Positions 9,425-20,604 of a stretch of 64,000 bases of DNA are shown here, in pieces. The notes under the pieces are model-generated. The model saw only the letters and a list, made by a program, of their open reading frames with translations, was not told the DNA's origin and searched no databases. Positions within the stretch are counted from its first letter, which is position 1; every line of letters begins with the position of its first letter. The stretch comes from Methanobacteriota archaeon (GTDB taxonomy: Archaea; Halobacteriota; Bog-38; Methanoflorentales; Methanoflorentaceae). Both the position numbers and the translations under genes were made by a program. Location of the stretch: NCBI GenBank assembly GCA_963720465.1, contig OY970393.1, forward strand, positions 1,472,001-1,536,000, in the 5' to 3' direction.

Positions 9425-10699
9425 ATGACGCTAATTGATCACGCAAAGCAAGGAATCCTCACTGACGAGATGAAGGTTGTCGCCTCTGCCGAGGGAGTAA
9501 CGCCAGAGTTTATCTGTCGCGGAATTGCGAATGGACGGATCGTACTTCCGGTAAGCCCATATCGGGACACTAAACCGATCGGTATTGGCAAGGGGCTTAA
9601 AACGAAGGTTAATGCTTCTGTTGGGACGTCGTCAGACATAGCTGATGTCGATCTCGAAGTCGCAAAAACAAAAGCAGCTGAGGCTGCTGGCGCCGATTCC
9701 ATAATGGAGCTTTCGACCGCTGGCGACTTCTATGAAATCAGACGCAAGGTTATCCAAGCAACTTCCCTCTCCGTCGGAAGCGTACCACTTTATCAAGCGT
9801 TTATTGAAGCAGCACGGGATTCCGGCTCAATCGTTGATATGCGAGAGGATGACCTCTTTAGAGTTACCGAAGAACAAGCAAAACTCGGCACCAACTTTAT
9901 GGCAATTCACACGGGGATAAACTGGGTTACACTCGAAAGGCTCAAGGCTCAGGGACGGCACGCTGGCCTCTGTTCAAGAGGTGGGGCCTTGATGTCGGCC
10001 TGGATGGCGCACAACGAGAAAGAAAACCCGTTGTTTAGCGAATTTGAGTACCTCCTGGAAATCCTCAAGCGACACGATGTCACTCTCAGCATGGGAAATG
10101 GCATGCGCGCGGGCGCTGTGCACGATTCTACTGATAGGGCACAGATTCAAGAGCTAATCATAAATGCCGAGCTCTCTGACAAAGCACACGACTTTGGCGT
10201 GCAAACGATAGTAGAAGGACCAGGGCACATACCGGTCGACGAGATTCAAGCTAACGTTGTGTTGCAGAAGCGCTTAACGGGCGAGAAGCCGTTCTACATG
10301 CTCGGACCTCTCGTGACGGACGTCGCGCCGGGCTATGATAATATCGTGGCGGCGATTGGCGCGGCTCTTTCCTCTTCATATGGCGCTGATTTCATCTGCT
10401 ATGTCACTCCCGCAGAGCACCTTGCGCTGCCATATCCGGAAGACGTGCGCCTCGGGGTAGTGTCAGCTCGCATTGCGGCTCACGTTGGAGACATGATTAA
10501 GCTTGGCGACCGGGATGATGACCTCAAGATGGGAGAAGCACGCAACGAACTCGATTGGGCAAAACAGTTTAAGGCTGCTTTAGATCCACAGACAGCAGCG
10601 CAGGTACGGAAAGAACGAATGCCCTCAGATACAAACACCTGCACTATGTGCGGCGAGTTCTGCGCCTATAAAATCGTCAAGCAGTACTTTGAACTTTGA
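9425..10699 (+). CDS. ThiC-family radical SAM enzyme (phosphomethylpyrimidine synthase or BzaF-type 5-hydroxybenzimidazole synthase)
   Basis: SRGG, EGPGH, CYVTPAEHL, C-terminal CTMCGEFC; variant motifs VNASVGTS, MELST, GNGMR. Confidence 0.9.
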   Translation: MTLIDHAKQGILTDEMKVVASAEGVTPEFICRGIANGRIVLPVSPYRDTKPIGIGKGLKTKVNASVGTSSDIADVDLEVAKTKAAEAAGADSIMELSTAGDFYEIRRKVIQATSLSVGSVPLYQAFIEAARDSGSIVDMREDDLFRVTEEQAKLGTNFMAIHTGINWVTLERLKAQGRHAGLCSRGGALMSAWMAHNEKENPLFSEFEYLLEILKRHDVTLSMGNGMRAGAVHDSTDRAQIQELIINAELSDKAHDFGVQTIVEGPGHIPVDEIQANVVLQKRLTGEKPFYMLGPLVTDVAPGYDNIVAAIGAALSSSYGADFICYVTPAEHLALPYPEDVRLGVVSARIAAHVGDMIKLGDRDDDLKMGEARNELDWAKQFKAALDPQTAAQVRKERMPSDTNTCTMCGEFCAYKIVKQYFEL

Positions 10700-10851
10700 G
10701 TAAGCTGCTTTCTGCAAACCTCTGATCGCTATTTTTATAGCTGTGATGAATGATGGGTTTACGAGAGAGTATGGCGGGGGGTTCGTGTTCATAGCAAATG
10801 CACTAGCGGTACGCGCGAAATCTCACAGGCGTTCGCGGGCTGCCAGACCAG

Positions 10852-11538
10852 TTACAGTAACTGCAGGTATCTAAGCCCTTCAACGACGCCTAAGCCGTTC
10901 GGTTGCTTGGCGACGTAACTTGCGGCCGCTCGTGCCTTAGGATCTGCGTTGCCGACGGCGACTCCCGTACCAGCCACTTCTAACATTTGAACGTCATTTT
11001 CTGAATCACCGAACGCTGCAAATTTGTTGAGGGGAATGTTAAGTAATTCCGCGACTTTAGCCAAGCCGACACCCTTGTTGACGTGCGCGTCCTTGATGTG
11101 GAGGGCGAACCCCGAATCAACGACGGTAACGTCATCACAGCACTGTGCGACTAGCTTGCGAAATAATTCTACGTCTGAGACCGATAAGGTGTCCCTGCTG
11201 TAGGCAATCTCGGTGACGCGTTCACCAGAGTTGATTCTTTTAAGCGTCAGCACGCCACTGCCTTCGATTTCTCGGGCTGCTCGGCGACATGCGTCAATAT
11301 TGCCGCTGACAATCTTTGATTTGCCGTCAGTAACGATCCCTCCGTTTTCAGCTATCACGGCCGAGATATTGCCGATTGTGACCGCTAGCGCAGTAGCAAA
11401 ACACAAAATGTTGCCAGTCGCTAAAACAACGGGGACGGTTAGCTGTCGAATGGATTCAACTGCGGCCAGCTCCAGTGAGCGGTCGCGAAAGGTTAACGTT
11501 CCGTCTATATCAAACGCTACAGCTTTGATCAAGGTCAC
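10852..11538 (-). CDS. Archaeal phosphoglycolate phosphatase (HAD Cof-like)
   Basis: DIDGTLT, ATGN, AENGG, NKG, GDSEND. Confidence 0.88.
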   Translation of the reverse strand: MTLIKAVAFDIDGTLTFRDRSLELAAVESIRQLTVPVVLATGNILCFATALAVTIGNISAVIAENGGIVTDGKSKIVSGNIDACRRAAREIEGSGVLTLKRINSGERVTEIAYSRDTLSVSDVELFRKLVAQCCDDVTVVDSGFALHIKDAHVNKGVGLAKVAELLNIPLNKFAAFGDSENDVQMLEVAGTGVAVGNADPKARAAASYVAKQPNGLGVVEGLRYLQLL

Positions 11539-11586
11539 GGTCGCGGTGGCTTAGGACAACGGCGAAACGCTTGAGCCTGTGCTCGT

Positions 11587-12561
11587 TTAGTCGCGTATTC
11601 CTTCAGACTCCACCGAAAATATCGCTTCACCTTCAGCAAGGTTCGGAGAGTCTACAAGGCGTGCTATGCGTTTGCCTCCTTTCGATTTTCTCAAATACAA
11701 CCTGAAAGTCGCAGTGTGCCCCAATATGTGGCCACCGATCGGTCGGGTTGGATCGCCGAAAAAGGCGTCAGGTTTTGCCTGAACTTGATTAGTGACGAGT
11801 ACGACTGCATTGTTCAACGTTCCAAAACGCATAAGGTCATGCAGGTGCTTGTTCAGCTTTTGCTGCCTGTCTGCAAGCGTACCTCTGCCAACATATTCAG
11901 CTCTAAAATGGGCAGTTAGTGAGTCTACGATAAGAAGTTTTACGGGAAGCTCAGTCGCCTTAAGTTGTTCCGATAGTTCGCTTGCCGCTTCGACGAGGAG
12001 TATTTGGTGATTGGAATTGTGGGCTCGCGCGACGTGGATGTTTCTCAGTACGCCTTCGTGATCGAGATCGAGACCTGCCGCGATCTGGCTGATGCGCTCC
12101 GGTCGAAAGGTGTTCTCGGTGTCAATTAGTATGCACGATCCGTCAAGGCCGCCGCTTTCACGCGCGAGCTGAACGTTCACCGCAAGCTGATGCGCAACTT
12201 GCGTCTTTCCTGAGCCGAATTCTCCGTAAAGCTCGGTAATTGCTTGGGTCTCCATACCCCCGCCAAGCAACTCGTCAAAAGCCTTGCTTCCGGTCGTAAG
12301 TTTGCCTACGTGTCGCCTTCTTTCAAGAATGACGTCGCCTGTCTCAAAACCGCCAATGTCTGCAGCATGGCGAGCCGCTATTATGATCTTGGAGGCGGTA
12401 GCCTCACCGAGATCTGCCGCATTTGATAACTCCGAAGGGGATGCTACGGCAACTGCTTCCACTGAGTTAAAACCAGCTTCCTTCAACTTTTCCGCGGTAG
12501 CAGGGCCTACGCCTGGCAGGTCTTCTATACCAAAACCATCAATTTCTTCTACCTCTTCCAT
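11587..12561 (-). CDS. radA: DNA repair and recombination protein RadA
   Basis: N-terminal HhH, FETG polymerisation motif, [28 protein letters not shown]. Confidence 0.97.
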   Translation of the reverse strand: MEEVEEIDGFGIEDLPGVGPATAEKLKEAGFNSVEAVAVASPSELSNAADLGEATASKIIIAARHAADIGGFETGDVILERRRHVGKLTTGSKAFDELLGGGMETQAITELYGEFGSGKTQVAHQLAVNVQLARESGGLDGSCILIDTENTFRPERISQIAAGLDLDHEGVLRNIHVARAHNSNHQILLVEAASELSEQLKATELPVKLLIVDSLTAHFRAEYVGRGTLADRQQKLNKHLHDLMRFGTLNNAVVLVTNQVQAKPDAFFGDPTRPIGGHILGHTATFRLYLRKSKGGKRIARLVDSPNLAEGEAIFSVESEGIRD

Positions 12562-12670
12562 CTACCCAACCTCCCCTTTTTTTGCAACCCTTGAAGAGTC
12601 TTGTACGCTAATCACTTGTTGCCCTCTAAAGACTTTTGAGTGCAGAGCGAAAGTGTTGCATTTCCGTCCA

Positions 12671-14095
12671 TCAAATTGATGAATGAAACTCATTGAGCCT
12701 TCTCTTGATTGTCTCGAGCTTTCGCAAAGCCACGTCCTGCGGCAGTTTTGCTATGCTTTTCGCCTCAAACTTGTCGTTCGTTTTGATGCCGACAACCGTA
12801 ACCTCATCCCCGACGGTCAGCGCCAGATTGTCGAATGCTTTATCAAAAGTCACGTAATCGACCCCGTTATCGACACACACGGCCATAGCCGATGATATGA
12901 CTGTCCCCGTAATGCCGGCATCGACACTTTCTTGTGGGGCCGCGTGCTCTTTTTGGGCGCGTCCGCTCTTATCTGCTAAGCATACGCCGCTTCTCCAGTC
13001 TACACTCAGTTCGAGCTGATTGTTAAGTCCATTTTTCGGCATGCAATCGCGCAGTGTGATCTGGCTGTGTGTATCCTCTTCGGAGATCGCTAGCGCTTTT
13101 TCGCCCCAAAGGGCAACTCGTATTTCACCCGTATCGTCGCTCACCATTATGTTTCTGACTTTTCCTGCACTGCCATTACTTCTGGTGAATTCGCGGAGCG
13201 CTCCCACCTCTTCGATGGTTCCCGCGACGGTACACGGGCTTTCCACCTGGACGTCCCGAATAGGGATGAACTTCTCAACGAACTCAATACGCCCCGTCCC
13301 TTTTTGGAGCGATCCCCGATTACCTACGTGCACTTCGAGCCGTCCGTAGCGCTCGCGGGTATACCCGTTCTTGATGTCGAGCACGTCTCCCGAAACAAAA
13401 TCAGCCACAGTCTCAGCAATATCGTCCCAAAGCGTTACGCGCACCCTTCCCGTTTCATCGCCTATCGTCACGTTCGTGACCTTTCCAACGGAACCATCGC
13501 GCTTAGAAAAAGCACGCACCGGCTCAGCCTCCAGTATCACCCCGCTTACGTTAACCCCGTTTAGCCCTGCGATGAGGTTGGCGATGCCCTCCGTGCCCTT
13601 AGGAAGCTCGATTTCGGTTTTGGCGACTGACTCATCGACCTCAATTTCTCGTGCATTTACTTCTATGCCGTATCCCCCGTCCCTCGCGACTCCCGCAATC
13701 TTCAGAGTCTGCCCAATTTGAAGCTCTTCGACGTGTTGCGCGAGGTCATTCCACAAAACTACGCGAATTGAACCCGTTGCGTCCGACACGACGAGATTGG
13801 CAACATATCCTACATCGCCGTCGCGGGAGAACTCTCGTGTCGGCGAGACACGCGTGAGCTTGCCAACAAATGCGACAGTTCCCGTTTGTGCATCAATTTG
13901 TGCGATCTGCACGACCGTGTCGATACCGAGCTCGTGGGCGACAAGCAATGCCGCCGTCTTCTCGTCACACAAGCCCGACATGTCCTCCACCTTCTGCCGC
14001 ACTCTAGCCGCGAACTCGTCTTTCGAGATTGTGGTGGTCAGGCGCTGGTAGATGCTCGCCAAGTCATCGGAGAGAACGTCCATATTTCCTTGCAC
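12671..14095 (-). CDS. Replication protein A (multi-OB-fold ssDNA-binding protein)
   Basis: Three OB folds with DxTG-IRVxLW motifs; directly upstream of radA. Confidence 0.88.
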   Translation of the reverse strand: MQGNMDVLSDDLASIYQRLTTTISKDEFAARVRQKVEDMSGLCDEKTAALLVAHELGIDTVVQIAQIDAQTGTVAFVGKLTRVSPTREFSRDGDVGYVANLVVSDATGSIRVVLWNDLAQHVEELQIGQTLKIAGVARDGGYGIEVNAREIEVDESVAKTEIELPKGTEGIANLIAGLNGVNVSGVILEAEPVRAFSKRDGSVGKVTNVTIGDETGRVRVTLWDDIAETVADFVSGDVLDIKNGYTRERYGRLEVHVGNRGSLQKGTGRIEFVEKFIPIRDVQVESPCTVAGTIEEVGALREFTRSNGSAGKVRNIMVSDDTGEIRVALWGEKALAISEEDTHSQITLRDCMPKNGLNNQLELSVDWRSGVCLADKSGRAQKEHAAPQESVDAGITGTVISSAMAVCVDNGVDYVTFDKAFDNLALTVGDEVTVVGIKTNDKFEAKSIAKLPQDVALRKLETIKRRLNEFHSSI

Positions 14096-14323
14096 TTACC
14101 GTAGTACACGCCCTTATCTTAATAACTTTGTCAAAAGAGATACAGGCACGTACGAAGCCCAACAAGGCAGTGAAAGGGAGAGAGACCCTTGAGAGAACGG
14201 GGTATCACTGAGGCACGGTTGCCGTACGCGTAGCCTCTTTCCGCGATGAAATATTTTTATACTTTCTTCGCGTGTTATGAGAGCGGCCTACGCGTTGTTT
14301 TTTGCATAAGGGGCAAATCGAGA

Positions 14324-15568
14324 ATGGGGCAAACCATTTCCGAGAAGATATTCTCGAAATCTGTGGGAAGAACCGTGAAAGCGGGGGATTTTGTCGAAGC
14401 TGCAATAGATGTCGCTATGATTCACGATATTACTGGACCTCTTGCAGTAAAGACCCTCTATGAAATTACAGACCGGGTATGGGATCCTACAAAAGTAATC
14501 ATGCTTTTTGACCACCAAGTACCTGCTGACTCGATCGACGCCGCAGTCAATCACTTGGAGCTTCGGAAGTTTGCAAAAAGACAGGGGATCCTCAACTATG
14601 ATGTGCAAGAGGGAGTGTGCCACCAGGTCATGGTCGAAAAGGGGCACGTGCTTCCAGGGGAGCTTATTATCGGCGCTGACTCGCATACCTGCACGTACGG
14701 GGCTCTAGGAGCGTTTGCGACAGGTGTCGGCTCAACCGACATGGGGGTCGCCCTTGCTTCGGGAAAGCTCTGGTTCAAAGTGCCAGAGACCCTCGCATTC
14801 GATATTAATGGAAGCCTTGGACGGCGTGTGTATGCCAAAGATCTGATACTCACTATCGTTGGCGACATCGGCATAAATGGCGCCACCTACCAGGCGTGTG
14901 AGTTTCGTGGTGACGCTGTCAAGCACATGGACATCGCGAATCGGATGACCGTGTGCAACATGGCAATTGAAATGGGAGGAAAAACGGGGATAATCGCCCC
15001 CGACGAAACGACAGCCACATTCTTGGAAGAGCGAGCAATCGACGGAGACTTCGCTCTACGCTCAGATGATGATGCGACAAAAGTTGTGCGAGGCTATGCT
15101 GCGACTGAGATGGTGCCGATGGTCGCAAAGCCCCATCAAGTCGACAACGTAGTGCCTGTTACAGACGTCGAAGGGCAGCATATAGATCAGGTCTTCATTG
15201 GTTCGTGCACAAACGGTCGGTACGAAGATCTAAAAGCGGCTGCGGAGTTACTGGAAGGCGAGAAAGTGGCACGTGGAGTGCGGATGATAATCATCCCGGC
15301 TTCGAGAACCGAGTACCAGAGAGCGCTTAAAACGGGCCTTATGGATATCTTTACCGACAGTGGCGCCCTCGTAGAGGCCCCGTGTTGCGGGCCGTGTATG
15401 GGTGGGTCATTTGGGATACTAGGTCCCGGCGAGGTGGGTCTAAGCACTTCAAACAGAAACTTCGTCGGAAGACAGGGAAGCCCTGGGGCTTCAGTATACC
15501 TCTGTTCACCGGCGACGGCTGCAGCGTCCGCGATCGACGGCGTAATAACCGATCCGAGGTCGCACTAG
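14324..15568 (+). CDS. leuC: 3-isopropylmalate dehydratase large subunit
   Basis: HD, DH, GVCHQ, DSHTCT, GSCTNGR, CGPCMG, SNRNF; start MGQTISEK. Confidence 0.9.
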   Translation: MGQTISEKIFSKSVGRTVKAGDFVEAAIDVAMIHDITGPLAVKTLYEITDRVWDPTKVIMLFDHQVPADSIDAAVNHLELRKFAKRQGILNYDVQEGVCHQVMVEKGHVLPGELIIGADSHTCTYGALGAFATGVGSTDMGVALASGKLWFKVPETLAFDINGSLGRRVYAKDLILTIVGDIGINGATYQACEFRGDAVKHMDIANRMTVCNMAIEMGGKTGIIAPDETTATFLEERAIDGDFALRSDDDATKVVRGYAATEMVPMVAKPHQVDNVVPVTDVEGQHIDQVFIGSCTNGRYEDLKAAAELLEGEKVARGVRMIIIPASRTEYQRALKTGLMDIFTDSGALVEAPCCGPCMGGSFGILGPGEVGLSTSNRNFVGRQGSPGASVYLCSPATAAASAIDGVITDPRSH

Positions 15569-15577
15569 GAGTGGAAC

Positions 15578-16120
15578 ATGACACGACCCAAAGGGGGCAT
15601 GACGGGTAGGGCTTGGAAGTTTGGCGATAACGTTGACACGGATGCCATCATTCCAGGTAAGTATCTGGTCCTCAACTCGTCACAAGATCTCGCAAAGCAC
15701 GCGTTCGAAAATGTCCGCCCCAACTTTGCTCATCAGGTCGTCAACGGCGACATCATCGTCGCTGGAGAGAACTTTGGCTGCGGTTCCTCAAGAGAGCACG
15801 CGCCTTTGGCTCTAAGAGATAACGTCAGCATCGTTATTGCGCGTTCGTTCGCACGGATCTTTTTTCGAAATGCCATAAACATCGGACTGCCTGTCGTCGA
15901 ATGCGACACAACCGAAATCGAAGATGGAGATATTCTGCACGTCGATTTGGAAAAGGGCAGCATCTACGACGAGACTAGAAAAAAGGAGTATGCGATGACG
16001 CCTTTTCCGCCGTTTATAAAGAACATCATAGAAGCGGGTGGACTCGTCGAATACGTGAAAAGCGGTACGCAGCTTAAAAAGCGGGAGCCCCGCGAAACTG
16101 AGACGGATTTGTCGTGGTGA
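15578..16120 (+). CDS. leuD: 3-isopropylmalate dehydratase small subunit
   Basis: [30 protein letters not shown]; loop YLV is IPMI-type, not the homoaconitase YLRT. Confidence 0.9.
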   Translation: MTRPKGGMTGRAWKFGDNVDTDAIIPGKYLVLNSSQDLAKHAFENVRPNFAHQVVNGDIIVAGENFGCGSSREHAPLALRDNVSIVIARSFARIFFRNAINIGLPVVECDTTEIEDGDILHVDLEKGSIYDETRKKEYAMTPFPPFIKNIIEAGGLVEYVKSGTQLKKREPRETETDLSW

Positions 16121-16161
16121 CCTGTTTCACTGCTTCCCGAACACCTTATGGTGAAGCCAAA

Positions 16162-17301
16162 ATGAAGACGTACAAAATCCCGATAATCGCTGGAGACGGC
16201 GTCGGACCGGAGGTCGTCGCCGAAGGGAAGAAGACTCTCGAAGCGACCGGCCGTATGTATGGGTTCGATATCGAGTGGAAAGAGTACCCGTACGGAGCAG
16301 AGCATTACCTCGCAACGGGAGAGCTTTTGTCAGAGGATGCGCTCAAAGAGCTGAGCGACTATCGCGCTATCTACCTCGGCTCGGTCGGCGACGCGCGCGT
16401 CCCCCCTGGAGTCCTCGAGCGCGGAATACTCTTCGCACTGAGGTTCTACTTCGATCAATACGTAAATCTCCGTCCTATTCGGCTGCTAGAAGGCGTAGAG
16501 ACACCAATTCGAGATAAGGGCCCTGATGATATTGATTATGTGGTAGTGCGCGAGAACTCTGAAGACCTCTACGTGGGGGTGGGGGGCCGTGTCAGGAAAG
16601 GCAGCGTCCACCGCGATGCAGATGTAACCCGCAACCTATACAACGTAAAGTTCGGCCTTGACATCGACTCTGATAGCGACGAAATAGCCTATCAGCTGGG
16701 GCTAATATCAGCTGAGGGCACGAAGCGCATTATGCGGTACGCTTTTGAGCTGGCAACCCGAAGAGGGAAGCACCTATCGAGCGTCGACAAGATGAACGCG
16801 ATGACGGACATTTATGGCTTTTGGCGTCAGATATTCACCGAAACGGCCTCGCGTTATCCAGAAGTTCAGACCGATTTTAACCTCGTCGACGCAATGACGA
16901 TGTGGCTGGTGAAGAATCCCGAATGGTTTGACGTCGTTGTAGCTCCAAACTTGTTCGGCGATATAATAACGGACTTAGGGGCTATGGTGCAAGGGGGTCT
17001 AGGGCTTGCTCCTGGCGGTAACATAAACCCTGAAGGAACGTCAATGTTTGAACCGATTCACGGATCAGCGCCAAAATATAAGGGACTCAACAAAGTCAAC
17101 CCGATTGCTACGATTTGGGCAGGGGCAATGCTCCTTGAGAGTCTTGGCGAAATGCAAGCTGCGAACGGCGTTATGAACGCTATTCAACGCAACCTGCGCG
17201 AACGTAAAGTGCGAACGTTTGACCTTGGAGGCAGCTCGACCACATCAGAAGTCGGTAGTGACATAGCGAGATACGTCGAAAGCGCCCACCGCTTAGATTG
17301 A
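16162..17301 (+). CDS. leuB: 3-isopropylmalate dehydrogenase (beta-decarboxylating family)
   Basis: [37 protein letters not shown]; in an operon with leuCD. Confidence 0.85.
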   Translation: MKTYKIPIIAGDGVGPEVVAEGKKTLEATGRMYGFDIEWKEYPYGAEHYLATGELLSEDALKELSDYRAIYLGSVGDARVPPGVLERGILFALRFYFDQYVNLRPIRLLEGVETPIRDKGPDDIDYVVVRENSEDLYVGVGGRVRKGSVHRDADVTRNLYNVKFGLDIDSDSDEIAYQLGLISAEGTKRIMRYAFELATRRGKHLSSVDKMNAMTDIYGFWRQIFTETASRYPEVQTDFNLVDAMTMWLVKNPEWFDVVVAPNLFGDIITDLGAMVQGGLGLAPGGNINPEGTSMFEPIHGSAPKYKGLNKVNPIATIWAGAMLLESLGEMQAANGVMNAIQRNLRERKVRTFDLGGSSTTSEVGSDIARYVESAHRLD

Positions 17302-17339
17302 ATACCGATTTATACCCTTAAGCACATAGACATATGCGA

Positions 17340-17411
17340 GTCCTGGTGGGGTAGTGGATATCCTATGAGCCTGCGGAGCTCAAGACTCGGGTTCAAATCC
17401 CGGCCGGGACG
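17340..17411 (+). tRNA. tRNA-Arg(GCG)
   Basis: GTCCTGG/CCGGGAC acceptor, TGAGC-CT-GCG-GA-GCTCA anticodon arm, TTCAAAT T-loop, TTTATA box upstream. Confidence 0.95.
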
Positions 17412-17510
17412 CTCTATTTTTGCGCAAAAAATACCTATCTTGGAACGCGAACCAAAATCAACGCGAGGCTTGAATTGAGTGAGACTATTGCACACCCATA
17501 TGGGCTATGC

Positions 17511-18020
17511 TTAGGTCTTCCCACCAGGCGGAAAGTGGATGTTGAAACTGTAGCCAAAGGCTTCTAACCCCAGTCTCTGGTAAAACTTGTGGCTACCTTC
17601 CCTGTGCACGCTGCTTGAGAGAATAACCCGAAAACATCCTCGGGCTCGCGCAAGACCTATTGCGTGGTGCATCAATGACGCACCAATGCGACTTTCGAGC
17701 TCGTTCGTCTACCACGACGTTCTCAATAACTGCCCAAGGCCTGCCACAATGTGACAGGTTTGGGATCATTGAGATCGCTATCGTTCCGACAACCGCCCCG
17801 GCTGATTCGGCCACAAACACATAGCTGTCCGGGCTTCGTTTGATTTCCGAAAATGCCTCATAATGCGCGGAGAGCAGCTCCCTTCTGTTCTCTGAAGCTT
17901 GATCCGTGTTTGAGAAGAGCTGAGCGTACAGCTCCAAAATGCATTGCAAATCATCTAAGGTTGCTTCTCGTACTACCAGATCATCTCGTTGTGGCCGCTG
18001 AGCGACTTCCAAATTTGTAT
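17511..18020 (-). pseudogene. GNAT acetyltransferase, frameshifted near 17691
   Basis: VREATLDDL...IENVVVDERAR in one frame, then IGASLMHHAIGLARARGCFRVILSS...HKFYQRLG* in another; start approximate. Confidence 0.75.
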
Positions 18021-18129
18021 CCTCGCTGTAAGTTACTAGACTTGAGTGCCGAATTCGTGCAGCTGCGATTGCACCGAAGCTGGGCGTATTTTGGACGAGC
18101 GCAGAGAGAGTTGTTGCTGATTGCACTGG

Positions 18130-18893
18130 CTATGCTTTGCTCTGTCTATTTGCATCCCGAATTGCTCGCCTTATCACGTCCGTTTCTTCAGAACGAAACA
18201 CTGAACAGTCGCGATCCTCATAGCTGATACCACGCACGATAACGATCGGGGTACCCCTGCTGCCTCCCCCATCATGAGGTTGGCCAGACCAGCTATTTCG
18301 TCACCAACACCCTCATTGGTTATTTCTAGCGCTTTCCCTTCAAGATCTTTCACGCCGCGCCAGTCTTTCATCGCAGCAATTCCGGCAAACCCTATGCCGA
18401 CTCCGATTTGTCCTTCGCGAAAGGACCTACCGCAGGTATCCGTGATGATCACTGCAACGTTTTTCCCAAACCGGTCTTTTATCCGATCGCGCAGCTGACG
18501 TGCATTTTCAGAGGGGTCGCGTGGAAGGAGCAAAACAAAACCTTCAGCCACGTTTGAGCGGTCCAACCCAGCATTGACACAGACCTGACCAAACTTGCTC
18601 ACAACAAGAAAGAACGGTTTCTCGATCAGGATCTCAGTTGTTTCGCCGAGCACGGCTTCGATGAAACGGGGATCCTCGTGAAGTCCTGCAGCGATTCTAT
18701 AAGCCGGCTCGCTAGGGGAGAAAGTTTCCAAACTCTGCATCAACCCTTCAGCCTTAGAGGTGATGGTCGAGGCAACGACGACGACGTCCCCGTCGCGAAG
18801 GTCAGCGTCCTGCAGAAAATCTGTTATGTCGTCTCCTTCTTTTACACGAGGGACATTGTCGACCGTAAATGCCTCAATTATCACGCGAATCAC
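18130..18893 (-). CDS. cofE: Coenzyme F420-0:L-glutamate ligase, with a 1-nt frameshift near 18263
   Basis: SKAEG, NAGLDRSN, LLPRDP, IITDTCGRSFREG, DEIAG; restoring one G gives MMGEGSRGTPIVIVRG...DVIRRAIR*. Confidence 0.88.
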
Positions 18894-19050
18894 AAGCGGC
18901 TTACATTCATCGGCAGTACCCGGAAAAAATATTTATCGTCTAAATAGCTCATGCATCGGTGACGGCGCATGATGAGAGTTACCCCCACCGAGCACAAGAT
19001 GAAGAGAGAACCTGTCTGATGCCGTCAATCCGCTTTAGCCATACGCTGGC

Positions 19051-19461
19051 TTACTCGATAGAAATAAGCTTCTTGTCAGCAATTCCAATCTTTGGCAGGT
19101 GAACTTCGAGCACGCCGTTGAAGAAGCTCGCGCGAGCGGCAGCGTCGTCGATGTTCGTAGGGAGCTTGATGGAGCGGTAATATTCGCGAGGGGCGCGTTC
19201 TCGTATGAGGTGGTCGTCATCGTCATATTTTGAAGTTCGTTCCGCCGTGATTTCCACCATGTCGCTGCTGCCTTCAAGCTTGACATCATCCTTGCTAACT
19301 CCTGGAAGATCAACCAAAACAACGATTTCCCCAGGGAGGTCGATGAGGTCGACGGGCGGCGTTGAGGTAATCGGTCCTACATACTCGTCGTGGTCATCCT
19401 CCAAGAGCCCATCCATCTTGCTACGGATATTGCTCAGCGGGCTTATTTCCTTCCAAGACAT
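19051..19461 (-). CDS. Small heat-shock protein (Hsp20)
   Basis: PPVDL, DLPGVSKDD, ASFFNGVLEVHLPK. Confidence 0.93.
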   Translation of the reverse strand: MSWKEISPLSNIRSKMDGLLEDDHDEYVGPITSTPPVDLIDLPGEIVVLVDLPGVSKDDVKLEGSSDMVEITAERTSKYDDDDHLIRERAPREYYRSIKLPTNIDDAAARASFFNGVLEVHLPKIGIADKKLISIE

Positions 19462-19861
19462 GTCAACTTCTCCGCACTTCTTTTCTCGGTGCAGATATAA
19501 AACAATATGCTATTTGTGCTGTTAGTCACGCATTATGCGGCATTTCTGACTGAACTTGTGCTAGCACGGCATCATGAGGGCCTAAATGGAAAATGGCCAA
19601 GATGCAATATTAGCGCGATTCGCGGGCGAAATACTCTTTTTGCCGCGCCACACGTCAGACCAAAAAGATTTTATTGCTTCAGCTTGTTTTAAGAGTGACG
19701 TCTCGCTCAAGCCATTTCTGGATTACGCACGCCGGCCGAATTCTCACAGAGTTCGAGGCCCAAAGTCCTGAGACTAGGGAGACGAAATAGTTGAAAAAAA
19801 ACCGAGATTCATTGAGTACACAAATCTCATCTAAGAACTCGAACTATTTTGGAGGTGAAAA

Positions 19862-20491
19862 ATGGTCAGTAAGAAACTCTTTTCTGCTGTGGTGGCAACC
19901 GCAGTGATTCTTTCAATCGTTGCAGCGTCGAGTATCGCTTTCGCGCAAGAGCCGACCAATACAATTACTGTGACGGCAGCTAGTACCTCAGATTTATCAA
20001 CGCTAGTAGGTCTCCTCAAGGTCGCAAATTTGACGGAGACGCTGAACAACACTACCGTAAACTACACTGTTCTCGCGCCGACCAACGCTGCTTTCGCAAA
20101 GCTCAACAACACGACGATCGCCAACTTGAAGAATAACACGCCGGAGCTCACGCAGGTTCTATTAAACCACGTTATTCTAGGCAAAGTCAACTTCACGAAG
20201 AATGGCACGGTCACTACGCTCGCAGGAAACTCGATCTCATACACTGTCAACGGCACCAAGGTGCAGTTCACCAACGGTTATAACGCGACTATAACCCAAG
20301 CGAACGTTACCGCCACAAACGGCGTCATTGACGAGATCAGCAGCGTGTTAGTTCCACCGACCGTAACGACGACTGCGGCCGCGACAACAACAACGAGCAG
20401 CGGATTCCTTGGATTGCCGGGATTTGAAGCGATCTACGGAGTAGTAGGTCTGTTGGTTGTTGCGTATTTGGTGTTGCAGCGTAGAAAGTAA
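19862..20491 (+). CDS. Fasciclin (FAS1) surface protein with PGF-CTERM anchor
   Basis: Signal peptide, YTVLAPTNAAF and ATNGVIDEI FAS1 motifs, LPGF-TM-RRK tail. Confidence 0.9.
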   Translation: MVSKKLFSAVVATAVILSIVAASSIAFAQEPTNTITVTAASTSDLSTLVGLLKVANLTETLNNTTVNYTVLAPTNAAFAKLNNTTIANLKNNTPELTQVLLNHVILGKVNFTKNGTVTTLAGNSISYTVNGTKVQFTNGYNATITQANVTATNGVIDEISSVLVPPTVTTTAAATTTTSSGFLGLPGFEAIYGVVGLLVVAYLVLQRRK

Positions 20492-20604
20492 GCTCCTTAG
20501 CTGCATACGTAGGTGAGTCTAGCACTCGGCTGGACTCGCGCCTTTATTTTTTTACTTTTGCTGTCTGTTTGCCCGAACACGAATTACGGAAGTGATGCCT
20601 AAAA

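Noticed and set aside
10743-10800. Box C-like GTGATGA suggesting a C/D sRNA
   Set aside because: No box D (CTGA) at a suitable distance downstream
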